NCBI RefSeq assembly: GCF_036321535.1
Contig: NC_087437.1
Span: 101,372,001-101,436,000 of the forward strand
Source: Camelus dromedarius
Lineage: Eukaryota
Reading direction: 5' to 3'
DNA length: 64,000 nucleotides
Within the stretch, counting starts at the first letter, position 1. Every line of letters begins with the position of its first letter. Both the position numbers and the translations under genes were made by a program. The notes beneath the pieces are model-generated. The model was not told the origin of the DNA, ran no database searches, and saw only the letters and a list, made by a program, of their open reading frames with translations. Of this stretch, positions 39,166 through 52,712 are shown one piece after another.

Positions 39166-41003
39166 ACAGTAACTGGGTTTGCTGCTCAGAGCATCTGCCT
39201 TTTGAGATGTCTTCCTTACAGTTTTTGTCTCCATCTAGTGCCTAGGACATGCTGGGACCTGGGCAGGGTGTCTTAGCCGGGACCAAGACCCAGTTACATG
39301 TATGTCTTGGGCCCAAATTGAGCTAATATTCTATGACCCTCTTCCCAATCATGAGCCTACTCATGCATTTATGATTGATTAGATACCGCAAGGACCTCTG
39401 GGACTCAATGACTGCAGGGTTGTCCTATGGCTATGTGACCTGCGGCATGACTCACACCTCCTGACCAGTGTGGCCAGCAAGGCATTTATTCTGGGGGATT
39501 ACATGACATGAGATCACTGGGATGGCACTGACATGGTGATTTGGCATTACCCACCCAAGTCAGAATCAGAAGCTCAGGATTCTGGACTACTCGTAGTTCT
39601 TCAGTCATAGTTCTTCATTATTTTTCTGCACTTGATCCATATTTATGAGCCATGATTTGACTTTGGTCCACTAGTGTGCCAATTACATTGTTATTTCTGG
39701 TCCATAGCACCAGAGGGATGCAGGGGTAGCCATAGGCCTTTCCCTTACGTCTTCACTCATCTGCCACTGGAACCCAGAGAGGCCGCCCCAACTCCTGCTG
39801 CCGGCACCTTGTCAGTGTTTGCCAGGCTCTCTTCCAGACATGGTTGGCCTTACCTCTTCTGAAGGCTTTGAGACCCCTGCCATACTCTGCAACACTAAGT
39901 GGCCCTTCTAACTGGTGTCCTTTCTTGTTTCTGATCTACAAGATGATATGGTGACATCTTGATCTACTGGGTAAATATTAAGGCAGGCTGGGCAAGGGAT
40001 GTATATTCTTTGTGCAAATGGAATCTGTCAACGGACTTCTTGCCTATCCTTTCTGAGTGGCTCAGCATTGATACACATTAGCAATGCAGTAATCAAAAGC
40101 TAATGAGTCAAAAGACATGGCTGGAAAATGTGCTGTTTAGATTTAACCTAACCAGAAACCAAACTATCCTTCCAATTTTTCTGCATACTCTGAATAATAC
40201 TTACATTTATGACTGTCATCAACAAAGCACAGTAACAGCCTTTGTTTGATGGAGTCATTGGAAGTTTAATGACTAGTAATATAGTTACCATTGAATAAAT
40301 GGTATTAAGGCAAGAAAATCCACATTGTTTGGCAGGAGGGGCTGATGCTGAATAAAATTAATAAAAGAAAAGCACCATAACTGAGAGGAGACCCTAAAGA
40401 AGGCAGAAGAAATGAGATGCAGCAGATAATGGAAAGAATTCAACTACTCACTCCAAATATTCAACTAGTCACCCCAACTAGGAGAGAGGAATGACTCCTC
40501 CACTGTATTAGAAGAGAAAATGGAGGATGTTAACAAACGTTCATCAAATCGGAAGTTTCATGGGAGGAAGTCACAGAATGCCTTCTTTCATGACCTTTAT
40601 TTTTCCTCTGTGAAATAGAGATGAAAGAATCTTCTGCGAGGTTGTGGGAGAAAAGTATATGGTCTCCTTGGAGGAGACTCCGTAAGTAGTTTTGCCTTAT
40701 GACTTAAGTGTTATTTAACACATTCATGGGACACATATCCACTAGGAACTTTGGCTGGCAGGAAATGTGAATTAATAAAAAAGAGTCTGAGGAAATAAAT
40801 AAATGACTGTATCATATTTACCTATTATTTTAAAACTCTAGGAAATATAGCTCTCTCGTTTTAATTAAGATTAGTTCATCAGTATTGAGATCCTATTATG
40901 AGCCAGAAACTTTAGGGATAAAAAGTTAAAAACAGTTTCTGTCTTGAAGAAAATTGGTTTTGGTGGACTACAGGTTACTAGCGAGGATTCAAAAGGGATA
41001 ACG

Positions 41004-41517
41004 TGATAAGGAAGAACAAATCTGACTCTACATAAGCTCTGTTCCTTTAGCTCTAATTCTGTGCTCTGTGTCCTGCACTTAGTCATGCTGAGTCTGCACA
41101 TTTTGTAAAAGAATGTTGTCTATAGTCCAAAATATACAGGATAGCCCATTCTCATGGCTCTGACCTTTAAGGGTATAACACTTTTCCATTCATATAGAGA
41201 CAAAAAGTTGCAGAACAGATAATATCATTTATCTTGTTGGAAGTTTACAGAACATCATGACCTAACCTACATGGACAGCTGCAAGAAAAAAGGATTCAGA
41301 CACAAAGAAGTTTGTAACAACTAACCACACTTTATCCTCTTTTAATATAAAGGAGCTTGATTCTGATTTGGGTAAGATGGTTCTTTGGGACAGTAGTTGA
41401 CCGTTTTCTCAGTGAACCAGCCTTCTGAATAAAGTCACTATTCCTTGCCCCAACAACTCGTCTCTTGATTTATTGGCCTGTTGTGCAGTGAGTAGTATGA
41501 GTTTGGACTTGATAACA
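41004..41517 (+). mobile_element. MER41-like (ERV1) solo LTR
   Basis: TG...CA ends; gaacaaatctgactc start; TATAAA 41346-41351; AATAAA 41428-41433 followed by gtcactattccttgccccaac...ttattggcctgttgtgcagtgag typical of MER41/MER4-group R-U5. Confidence 0.8.
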
Positions 41518-41564
41518 ATAGTAGAATCAAGATGTATTCAAATCTAGGCTTAGAATTGATATAA

Positions 41565-41785
41565 TCCTATTTCCATATGTTCCATCAGCCAAAGCACTGG
41601 CCACAGGAAGTCACAATGCCAGTCTAGATTTTGGAGAAAATAAATAGATCTATCTCTTTATCAAAAGGCTTGCACTCTCATTAAAAATGACACACATTCA
41701 GGGAAGGGTGGAAGTGTGTGGCCCTTCTCTCCTTTGTCTCTTCCTCCCTCTTTCTCTATTTATTTATTTATTGCAATTTACCACA
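41565..41785 (-). mobile_element. MLT1 LTR fragment
   Basis: ctggccacaggaagtcacaatgccagtctagatt...gcaatttaccaca. Confidence 0.6.
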
Positions 41786-43849
41786 ATGAATAAAAGCTTC
41801 CAGGAATAAGATAGCTTTGTGTATAATTAACTTTTTAAAACTAAACTTTTATTAAAAAATAAAACTTGAATTGGCCAAGAACAAAAAGTAGGAAGTTAGA
41901 GAAGATGAAGGTGGAGTAGTACATAATAGTCCAGATACAGAGAGGTCAATTTAAGGAGATAAGATGTATTTTGGTAGATTATATTTCCCCCAAACTCTGG
42001 CATGCAGAAATCTCTCATTGAATGAACTGGAGATATTAATATATATTGTGTGGAAAAGTATTACTTGCCCAAAGATGAGGGGAAAAAAAAATCTCATACT
42101 TCACATATTACTCTTGGGGATATTCCCAAGGTATTTCAAAGTATTAAAAAAGTCCAGAAAGCTTGTAAGGGAAAATAAAAATGTTTAATTATGGTCATGT
42201 TAATGCACTTATGCTTATTTGAACAAAGAATTGTTTTTTCCTTTTTCACTAATATATTGAAGGACGAAAGACAGTTTGGGAAGTATTATGTAAATTATGG
42301 GGAGAAAATACTTTAAAGAGGTTACTACATGTAGGATATTTCCTTTAGATAGATTATCCAGTAGACTGGATAAAAGATAAAATTAAGTCAGAGCAGCATG
42401 CAGAAAATAGGTCACTATTGCAATAACCTAGGAGAGAAAAAAATGAATTTTCAATCTCTCACATTGGTGGCAGGAATGGAGAAAGGAAGAATGGGTTTGA
42501 GTAAGGGATAGCTTAGTCATGGATAGATGTGAAGTGTGAGATAGGATGAGACTGGCAATGGCTCAGGTTTTCAGACTGTGTGATTAGTCTTGTCACTGAG
42601 ATAAAAGAACAGGAATATCCTTGATTCTCTTTAGTCCACTACACAGCTGTTTGTGTCAACTCTCAGACTTCGAAGACATCTGAAATGAGTTTTAGATTCA
42701 GCCCAACTAGGACTGTAGAAACCAATCAAAGAGTTTATCTCTTGGGAGTAGGGTTAAGGATAGAGTTAATAAAGCAAGAAAGTCTTAATAATTGTGTTAA
42801 TTTCTTTCATGTAAGAGTATTCATATGAACAATTTAATATAAAATGCCAGAAAGAACAAAATAAGGACAAGATTTTCTATTTTATTCCACTGTTAATTCA
42901 CTTAACATTATTGTGATACAAATACACATGTATTATATTAATAGGCAGTAAATAAAGAATCCATTAACTAGAAGAATGTTTATGCCAGGAAATTATTTTA
43001 AACATGTCCAGAAACAGAAAATTATAGCCAAAGCAATTTTTGGAGGAATGTCCTTTAGGATAAATTTGAAGATAGATGACCACATAAGGAAGAAATATTA
43101 AATGAGAAGTGAATTTATTTTTTGTGCAGTAAGATGTGCTTAACTTTTATGGAGAAAAAAACAACTTTCAAATTTTTTGATCAAAGTTGTAGTTCCGAAG
43201 AGTCCTCACCATTGATGTTCCACATTTCAAAAATTAAACACCGATTTTTTTTAACTGTATGAAAAACTTTAACTGATTTTACATTAATCTGTGGAAAAGC
43301 ACAGTACAGATTATCTTATGTGTAGGGAGTTCTCCTCTGTATTTTTTCAGGTAATAGTGCCTTAGTAACAGAGTTTTTGTGTTTTGTTATGTTGGTGTTC
43401 AGAGAAATTATTGACATATCAGCTTAATTCTTTGTAAAAGTGCATGTTTCCAGAACTGCATCTTGTCACATGTACTATATATATCCACATGCAAGCCACA
43501 CATAGACACATGCTGATTAGATACAATAAGCAGAAACTCCTTCCTTAAAGGCAAAGATTTTTATCTCATCTTTTTTCTAAAACAGTAGTTTCAGAACAAC
43601 TTCAGGGTTAAATGACAACTGAGCATTTCTGTGTTTCATACAACTGACTAACAAAAAGAGTTTCAAGTTTATTTAAAATGTGACCGATAGTAATTCAAAG
43701 ACTCCCGGAATAAAGCAAGTGAAATTTAATGCAAAAAGAAAACACTGTAGATTCGTTTAGAAGTTTAAAATAATCAGGATAAATTCCCCTGCACTAGAAG
43801 AAAAAAATCGGTTACTTCAATGTCTAATCATGAGGAAAAGCTATTGCAA

Positions 43850-43863
43850 GTTGCCATAGCAAC
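43850..43863. promoter_or_regulatory. RFX X-box motif GTTGCCATAGCAAC
   Basis: 13/14 match to the palindromic RFX consensus GTTGCCATGGCAAC, in unique CpG-retaining sequence. Confidence 0.6.
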
Positions 43864-45329
43864 CGAGTCCTGAGTATACTTCATTCATTTCTTCTCCACC
43901 AGAATCGGCCTCATTATGGTAAAAAGAAATTCAGTGTCACATCAATGAAAACTCTAATATTTATAGATCCAAATACATTTTACTGTCTAGGGTGACTAAG
44001 TAAAGATGCTGAAATCCAGCATCGGCTTGAACAAGAAAACTTAATTTAAATGTGAGAAGAACTGAAGTTTCTCCTGCGTTTTACTTATGTATGCAGCATC
44101 CATTATTTGAGCATCCGAGAGAGATGTTTTTTCATCTACTTTGACAGGCTCAGCTCTTTGGAGAGTTTATATTATCTCCTCTAGTCAGAAGTTGAATGCA
44201 GTGGCACTTCTGGCAAAAACTTAAAAGTCAAATACAGAAGAACCAGTGCATTTATTCTTGTCTGGCAAAGATAAGATTTATTCTGTGTGGTGTAAAAGCA
44301 CCTGACAAGCTATCAACTTGATACTGAACTTTCAAAATACTTTCATAGTGTATTTTCTAGAGGGAAAATATGTTAACATAATTGAGTATTAGTTGTGTTT
44401 CCTATGATTACTTACAAAAATAGAAATTTCTATTACAGTTATTTTACGCAAGTTTACAACACTGTTGTGGTTGATCCATTGATGCCTGATCACAAGTTGC
44501 AAGAAATTATTTTATTTTGGAAGCACAATTGTAATCTCTCTAGCTTTGTCAGGTACTAAAGCATACAGTTCAAGTGTGTGATTTTGACATACTTATTTGT
44601 GTCTTTATCACATTTGTGAGAGTATCTCAGGTTTTGCATTTACTCTGTTTCACTGATAATTTCCATTGGAGCCTCTGCATTTTTCTGCATAACTATGTTA
44701 ACATTTTTTCTCTACATGCATTGATCTAATATCTGTAATCCTTATAAAGCTCTAGGTTTCATACAAGGAACACTTTTTTTTTGGCTTATGCTGTTTCCTA
44801 GTACCCAACAACACAGGGTCTGGCGCACAGGGGGACCTGATGAATATTTGATGAATGATGAAAATGAATAATGAGCCAAAATTTTTTACTTTTTCTATTA
44901 CTTGTTCATTTCTTGCCAAATTCCAATGATTATATTGATATTATTGCCCTTATAATCACACTGAATGAGTATTACAGCTTGTGTAAAAGCATCAGGAAAT
45001 GTCTATGCATAGCTGAAAGATATTATCCATCAAGCCCATGGCTTGTTATATCCTTGTTTATAAGGATAACCCAATGCAGAACATAACAACAAAGTATGTT
45101 GACTGGAAGAAAAAACTTAAACTTATCTTGAAATTGGCAACATTTTCAGGAAAAGAGAAATAATAAGAAGAAACAATAGAAAGAGAACATTAATGATCAA
45201 AAGTATCCAGCATGTTTCCTTCCCATTTCCTTCCATGAAGGCTAGGGATTTTAAGCAGATTTAATGACAAACAGGAGTCAAGCAATTAGGTAAACAGATA
45301 TCACAGATATATAGTTCACATGGTGTGTG

Positions 45330-46420
45330 GAAACTTTATTTATCATTATAAACTACCAAGTATGTGACTGCTATTTTTCTTAATTACTTTGGTTATGGCA
45401 ATAAAAAACCAGATTCTCCATTCTCAAGATTATATCCTAGTGGAATTACAGAAAATACGTTTTCAAAATATAAAAAGAAAATACAGCGTATTAAGACTCA
45501 GAAAGAGTAACTGGGATATAAGATTATTTTATAAAGTGTCATCAGAAATCATCACTGATAAAATGTCATTTGAGCAGAGAACTCGAGAAGCCAAGAATTG
45601 AATCAGGTAGATATCTAAAAAAAAAAAAAAAAAAAAAAAGATTTCCAGACCAAAGGAATAACAAATTAATGTTCACGAGGTGAAAGTGTGGTTACCACAT
45701 TCAAAAAATAGTGGGAAAAAAAATAGTGGCAGTTCCCAAGAGCCTGTGAGGACTGCACAGAGTGAGCAAAGGGGAGAGTGCAAGCTATAAGATCACAGAC
45801 TTAACAGGGAATCCAATTGCACGGGATCTTGTAAGCTGTGGCCAGAAGTTCAGGTTTTATACTGAGCTGGAAGTTGTTAACTCCTTTTGAACGGAGGAGT
45901 GATGTGCTGTGACTGACAATTTAATAAGCTCTTTTCCCCTGTTCCCTGGAGATTAGGCCTTATGAGGGCACAGGTGGAAGACAGAGGACCATCCAGGAGG
46001 CTACTGCAATCATCCAATTGAGAGATTATTGTGTTTGGGCCAGGGAAGTAGTGATGGAGATGGTGGAAATCAGTTGGACTCTAGACATGTTTTAAAAATA
46101 GAACAGAGACGAGTTGTGGATAGATCGAATGTGAGCCGTGGGAGAAAAAGGAAAAAGAGGAGACAAGCCATGAGTCATGGTTCTGGGTCAGAAAAACTAA
46201 ATGATGAAGTTTCCATTAACTGAGAAGAAAAAAGGAGCGAATGTGAGGGCAGTGGCATAGATCATGACTGTGGTTTTTTGTTGTTGTTGTTCCTCACTCT
46301 GAGATGTTTATTATATATCCAAGTAGAAACATCAAATAAGCATTTTGCTGTGTTTTATCAGACTGAGAGGATCAGGGAGAGAGGAAGAGTAGAAGTGAGA
46401 AATTGAGTTGGTTTTGGATA
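45330..46420 (-). mobile_element. L2a
   Basis: tgtcatttgagcagaga...gaggagtgatgtgctgtgact...aggaggctactgcaatcatcca...gaagtttccattaactgag; contains poly-A 45617-45639. Confidence 0.85.
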
Positions 46421-46546
46421 TTGGCGCCTGGATTCAGGAAGTTGTATACCTATGTACATACATATATATCTTCAGCTTTTAATTGTTTTTAACATATGGG
46501 ACTATGTGTTCACCCAAAGTGAGAGAATGTTAATAAAGAAAAATCA

Positions 46547-46650
46547 CTTTGCTGTGCACCTGAAACTAATGTTATAAATCAACTACACTTCAATTTTTAA
46601 AAATTTAAATAAATAAATAGATATGCAGAAAGAACAGTAATAAAGAAAAG
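46547..46650 (+). mobile_element. Minimal L1 3' terminus
   Basis: ctttgctgtgcacctgaaactaatgttataaatcaactacacttcaat plus A-rich tail; aaagaaaaatca repeated on both flanks. Confidence 0.8.
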
Positions 46651-47239
46651 AAAAGAAAAATCAAAGCCACGTGGCAAACGTGAAAGGTAGCCACAACAGT
46701 GGTGCACTCCCAACATGCATTGATGGAGGGCAGCCACAGAATGGAAATGTGTGATCACGCAGTATTCATGTGCGTATATGATGCACACATCTGCCATTTT
46801 TTTTTTTTTTTTTTTTTTTGGTGTTAAAGAGTCATACATTCAACAAGCATTCAGGTTAAAAGTGTCTGATGGCTACTAACCCCCTGGACTTTGAAGATTT
46901 AAAAAGACAGAATGCTTGGATTCTTACAAAGCTTATGACACGTAACTTCTTAAGGCACTACAAGCAAATAAACATTATAAGTTGGTGCAAACATTACGAT
47001 AGAGAAAAAAAAGTAGTAAGAAAGTACCCATGGCGTTCAAATACTTCATCTAGGAAGAAGTTCCCTAAAACAAGTAACTTCTAAATTAAAACTGAGTCCC
47101 TGATTGCAATTATGATTTTTAAAAAGCACTGTCTTCCCTTTTCCCATCCCTTTTAAGCTTCTCAAAAGTAGGAAAATGTAACAAATCCTATTCTCCAAAT
47201 TAAACTTGAAAGAGGTTGAAAATGTAGCTTCTAAAAAAA

Positions 47240-47485
47240 AATTTATTGAAGTACAGTTGATTTACAATGTTATGTTAGTTTCCGGTGTACAGCAAAGTGA
47301 TGCAGTTACGCATATGTATATTCTTTATCATTATAGGTTATTACAAGATATTGAATATAGTTCCCTGTGCTATACAGTAGAAACTTGTTGTTTATCTATT
47401 TTATATATAGTAGTTTGTATCTGCTAATCTCAAACTCCTAATTTATCCCTCCCTCTTCCCTTTTGGTAACCATAAGTTTTTGTTT
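47240..47485 (-). mobile_element. Artiodactyl L1 3' end
   Basis: tttattgaagtacagttgatttacaatgttatgttagtttccggtgtacagcaaagtga...ttttggtaaccataagttt. Confidence 0.92.
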
Positions 47486-48064
47486 TTTTTTTTTTAATGG
47501 CTGTGAAATGCATCTTCATTAATTTTTTCACTTGTAAACAAGCTGCACTCTGATTCAGTCTTGTTCAGGAAGCACTTTCCTGTGGGAAACAAAGCTTAGA
47601 ACAAAATGCCATATAGGATGTGTTATGAGAAAAAAATTTCCAAAGAATAATCAAAGTTATCATTTGTTGGCATAAAAATAATTGAATGTTATTTTCATAG
47701 ACTATCTGCTTGATCCACACATTATAAATTTAAGAAAATAAATTTTTGTATTGGAATTAAAAATGAGAGTCCATTAATTGCAACTCACTGATGATACGAA
47801 CTAATTCAAAGATAAAACCTTGGGGAGCCAGAGAGGAAATGAAGATTTTGCTAAATTTGGACAAAGAAAATTTGCAGTTACCTCCTCTGGCAAGAGTTCA
47901 AGATATCAATGCCCTTTCTAATTTCCTGTGATATATATGTCCAAATGATTCCATTTAAATGGTGTAAGTACATAAGACAAATTCACTGTAAACACTTTAT
48001 CATGTCAACTAAGTTTTGGTTTTAACAAGTCCCAGAGCACTTTTTTATTCCTTACATAAACATA

Positions 48065-50930
48065 TTTTAAATCAACTTCTGAAAGTCTAATTTTACATAT
48101 AATAATATGTACCCATTTTATAGTTCAATCAGCTGAGACAAATGCATATATTCAGGTAACCAAAATTTCAATACGTCAAACATTTTTATCACCCCTTCCC
48201 GGTCACATACACACACTCTCCTAGCCTTAAGCAACCACAGATCTACTCCCAGTCACCAGTACTAGGTAAGACCTCTCTTTTTCAGAGTTTCATATCAATA
48301 AAATCATTCAGTATATATATTGTGATGTTATCTACTGTTTTTTTCCTTCCACTTGAAATGATGTTTGGACATTAAGCCATGTTGTTTCATATAGTAATGA
48401 TTTGTCCCTTGCTGTGTGTATGTGAGTGCTATTCCATTATAAGGATATACTATAGTCAGTTTGGTCATTCAGTGGTCTAGTGGATGGTCATTTGGGTTGT
48501 TTCTCTTTTTATTATCATTATGAATAAAACTGCAGTGAATATTCATGTACAAGTCATTGCGTGGACATGTATTTTCATTGATCTGAGTAGAATATTGCAG
48601 AGTAGAATTTCTGGGACATACGTAAATGCATATTTTACGTAAAAGTGGACCAAATAGTTTTACAAGTGCTTGTGCCAGTTCACATTCCCACCAGAAATAT
48701 ATGGACATTCTAGCCATTACACATTGTCACCAAATTAATATTCTTATTAATTTAAGACTTTCAGATGGATGTGTAGTGACAACTAAGTATAGTTTTTAAT
48801 ATGTATTTCTCTGACTAATTATGTCAAAATGTTTTAAATGTGCTTATAAAAAGCACTGTTCCAAAGTTTTGTCCATATCTTATTTGTGTTTTGCTTTCTT
48901 ATTATTGTGTGGTATTAATTTATTATACTATGTAGATAAAACTCCTTTATCTTCTATGCATATTGCAAATATTTTTCCCTGTCCACAGCTTGTCTTTTAT
49001 GTTCGGAACAATATTTTGATGATGTATAATTTATCATTTTTCTAAACATACGGTTTGTGCTTTTTATATCCTAATAAAATTTAGATAGATTGCAAACATT
49101 TTCTCCTGTTTTCTTCTTAAAGTGTTAATGATCAATTCTATGGTGTATTTTATATACTATTTTATATGGTGTGAGATAAGGGGTGGTAAATAATTTTTTC
49201 CAACTACAAAATCAGTTGTTTTGACTTTGGACTTGTCCCAGCCTTTGCTGAGAAGACTTTTTCTCATTGAATTACTTTATCACCTTCATAGAAAATCCAT
49301 TAACCATATATGTGTAGCTCTATTATTGGACTCTCCATTCTATTCCATTTTCCTATATGTCTAATCATTTATCAATACCACACTGTTTTGGTACTATAGC
49401 TTTATTGTAAGTCTTGAATTAAAGTAGTTTATTCCTCCAAATTTTTCAGGGGGCCATTATGGGGTTTTTCTTATTTCTACGTACATTGTAGATTCAGCCT
49501 TTAAGTTCTGCAAAAAGGCCTTTAGGGGTTTTGACTGAGATTTTATTGAAGACATAGACATAAAAGAGAAATTATTCACCAGCTACTTGTTAAAAATAAT
49601 AAGACAGATTTTATTCAGACTACTGTAGGGGAGAGAGACTGCAACATAAACTGGGCTCAACTCTACTAAAACTAAAGGCAAGAGGCTTTTAAATGCTGGG
49701 ACGCCCTAATGTAAAAGTACTGAAGGATATTGGGAGGAATATATTGGTCAATGTGATTAGGCCATCTGTGTTTGCTAATTGGCACAATTCTTTATCCAGA
49801 GGAAAAGCTGACTTCTCATCTCTTTATGATGGGAGGAAGTTCTGCAATTGGAATAAGGGTCTTATCAGAGGCTGGCTCTTATCCTTCCGTAGGAACTGAA
49901 AGCTATCTCCCTAAATGTTTTATTTTCAAGGAGATGGCTCCCAGGTCCAGGAGGAAATATATCTGAGTTGTAGGAAATTTACATCTCAAAGGAGTAGAGA
50001 AAGGATTTAGGAAAAACTTCCTAAAGAAAAATTACCTATGAAAAGGCCTATAGTGAGGTTTTGAATGGAACAAACAGTACATTCTTTTGGCAGTGTTGAG
50101 CTTTCTCAGGTCATCATTTTAAGGAGGGCTAGGATCATTCTAGGGACATGGCCTTGAGTCAATAGAAGCTATGCTACAGTTTGGTTAAGTCCCTTAGTGC
50201 AAGGCCAGGAGTGTGCAGCAGGGTTGGACAGTCATCTGTGCTGAGAGTTTGTAGTTCCCATAGATCATTTTGGGGAGAATTAGCATTACAATATTGAATT
50301 TTCTGATGCGTGTGCATGCTACATCTCTGTATTTAGGTCTTCTTTAGTTTTTCTAATTTTTTTTTTTACAATGTATAGATTGTAAACATATGAAATTTAA
50401 CTATGCATTTTGTTTTAGTGCTTCTTTGTTTTGGTTTCTAATTGTTTATTACTAGATTAGATTATCTCTGAATTAAGGTAGTTACAGTTCTTTTCCAATT
50501 TGTAAGCTTTATAAAAAATTTATTGCCTTACAGTATTGAGTAAAATCTCCAGTACAATGTGGAATAAAAATGATAGAGCAGATATTTTTGACATATTCCC
50601 AAAGTTAGGGGGAAAGCATTCAGTCTTTTATAATGAAATATGATCTCAACTATAGATTTTTTTATGGAATCCATTTACCAGAATGAGGATGTTTCCTTCT
50701 CTTTCTAGTTTGCTAAGAATTTTTATCATTAGTCCATCCATTAAAATGATCTTACATCTTTTTACTTTTATCTGTTCATAGGATGAATCAAAAATTTGAT
50801 TGAATTGTGAATGCTAAATCAACCTTGCATTCCTGAGATAAAGTCCACATTATCATTATGGTTATTCTTTTTAAACTGTTAGACTTCAATGGCTAATGTT
50901 TTTTAAGGATTCTACAAATGTATATATGAT
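48065..50930 (-). mobile_element. L1MB/L1MC-type element (3'UTR plus ORF2 end), split by an LTR
   Basis: 3' end ttttaaatcaacttctgaaagtctaattttacata; ggtcatttgggttgtttc; gggggaaagcattcagtct; colinear across 49559-50260. Confidence 0.85.
49559..50260 (-). mobile_element. ERV1 solo LTR (MER67/MER31-like) nested in L1
   Basis: aaagagaaattattc...gattttattcagactactgtaggggagagagac; minus strand starts tgggaactacaaactctcagcac; 4-bp TSD taga at 49555-49558 and 50261-50264. Confidence 0.8.
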
Positions 50931-51989
50931 CTCTGATTCTAAGGGCTATAGAAAAAAGACACAGATGGCACCCTTTAGTACAAATTCTATTAAAAATTGG
51001 CCCCAAACTCTTTGTATCCATCCCTCTTAAATGGACAGATAACACTATCAGCCTATTGGACAACTGTAAGAGGAATTATTAAAGACTTTTGATTTGAGTG
51101 CCAAGGCTTTTTAATATGCCAAGGAGTTAATTCAAACCCAACTTAAGCCTGGGTCCCTAAACTCCAAAAAGTAGCAATTGTCATGGATAAGTCCCATCAT
51201 ACTGATGATACTAATTTGGGACAATAGAGAAGAAAAACTTATAAATATAAGCAGGGTGGAGAAGAGCACCTGCCTCCCTGGAAGTTTATCCAGTAATCAC
51301 CAAAAAGAAAAAAAAGAAAAAAAAAAAAAAGCCTTGATTCAGGGGAGTAAAGACACAATGGAAATCCAACATTTACTAAAAATATACACTAGAACAATAA
51401 AATGAGTGGCAATTGAATCTTATGCCTCTACAATGTAGGTTATTAAATTAAGTCTAGCAGATGCTAAAATGTAAACAAACCTTTGAGACCTTAATCAATA
51501 CTTGGGCTAAAATTATGGAATCCAACTTTCAACAAGAATAGAGGTTTGATGTTACATTGGTGACATCTTTTTCCAAAAAGATTCATTTGCCATACTCATT
51601 CAAGAGATAGAAATACAGAGGATTTCACACAGAAAAAGAGACTGATCATTGTCTCACTCTCAAGAAACAACTATTGACCTTCTCAGCTTTCACAAGGTTA
51701 AGTGGCACTGAAAGGACTAGTAGGTGCTTCCTTACAGTTGGGCAATTGTCTATCTCTTTTTTTGCCAATTAGCTTTGTGCCTCTACAACAGGTTATCTAA
51801 AGAAATTCTAACAGGGGCTAAGATGCACCAATTAAACTTCAAGGCCTTGGTCAACACTGAGGCTGAAATTACCACACCCAATAAATACTTACATACTCTC
51901 TTGGTGCATATGTGACACACATCTAAACACGGCATCTAAACCAAGTTTTGGCCGAGAGGAATTCTCTGTGGTGCAACCTCAAAACACAT

Positions 51990-52712
51990 TGTAAAGTGTC
52001 TGGGTTGTTTTATTCCTTGAAAGAGCATTGGACTTCCTCCTTTTGAACAACGAAGTTATTTGCTTACCAGCTACCTCTTTAGAGGATTTGCTTCATGCTT
52101 TGTTTGTGATGGTGCCAAGTGGACTTTAAATACGGTTTTGCATTTCTACCAAGGTGAGACCCTCTAGCATTGTTACTGGATGCCCTGGATAATCAGGAAA
52201 GATGGAGATCGAACAACTTCATGCTCTCTGGAGCATCTGGGAGCTGTTCATCTTAGAATTCCTGCCATTTTTGCTGGCCCTTGTGGAGCCGCACCATACA
52301 CACAAAACTCAGTGTTCAACAAAGACATAATGTGCCCTTTGTGCAGATACCTGAAACTCATTTTCTGTGTGGCTTCATCCTTTCCAGAATTTCTCCCTCG
52401 GCATTCAGACACTTGAGCTTCTTGAATCTCTGTCATTTTAACTAAAGAGACTGCTAGTCTTTGTTTATGGTCACTTCTCATGCCCTGAGACCCAAATGCA
52501 TCAGCAGGCAGAAATCTAAGGAGGTTGTAGGATTTCTAATTCATTTTCCTTCCGTTGGGGATCATAGACCTATATTACCTGTTAATTCAATGTCTGAAAA
52601 CTGTTGCTTTATATATTTTGTTCAGGTTGGTGCTTGATTTGCTTGTTTGCTTTTCATTACAGTGAGTTTAAGTCCAGGCCCTCTTATTCTATTGTGGCCA
52701 GAAGCAGAGACT
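51990..52712 (-). mobile_element. Old L1M 5'UTR fragment
   Basis: caatgtctgaaaactgttgctttatatattttgttcagg...tggccagaagcaga resembles the L1M4/L1ME 5' end. Confidence 0.7.
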
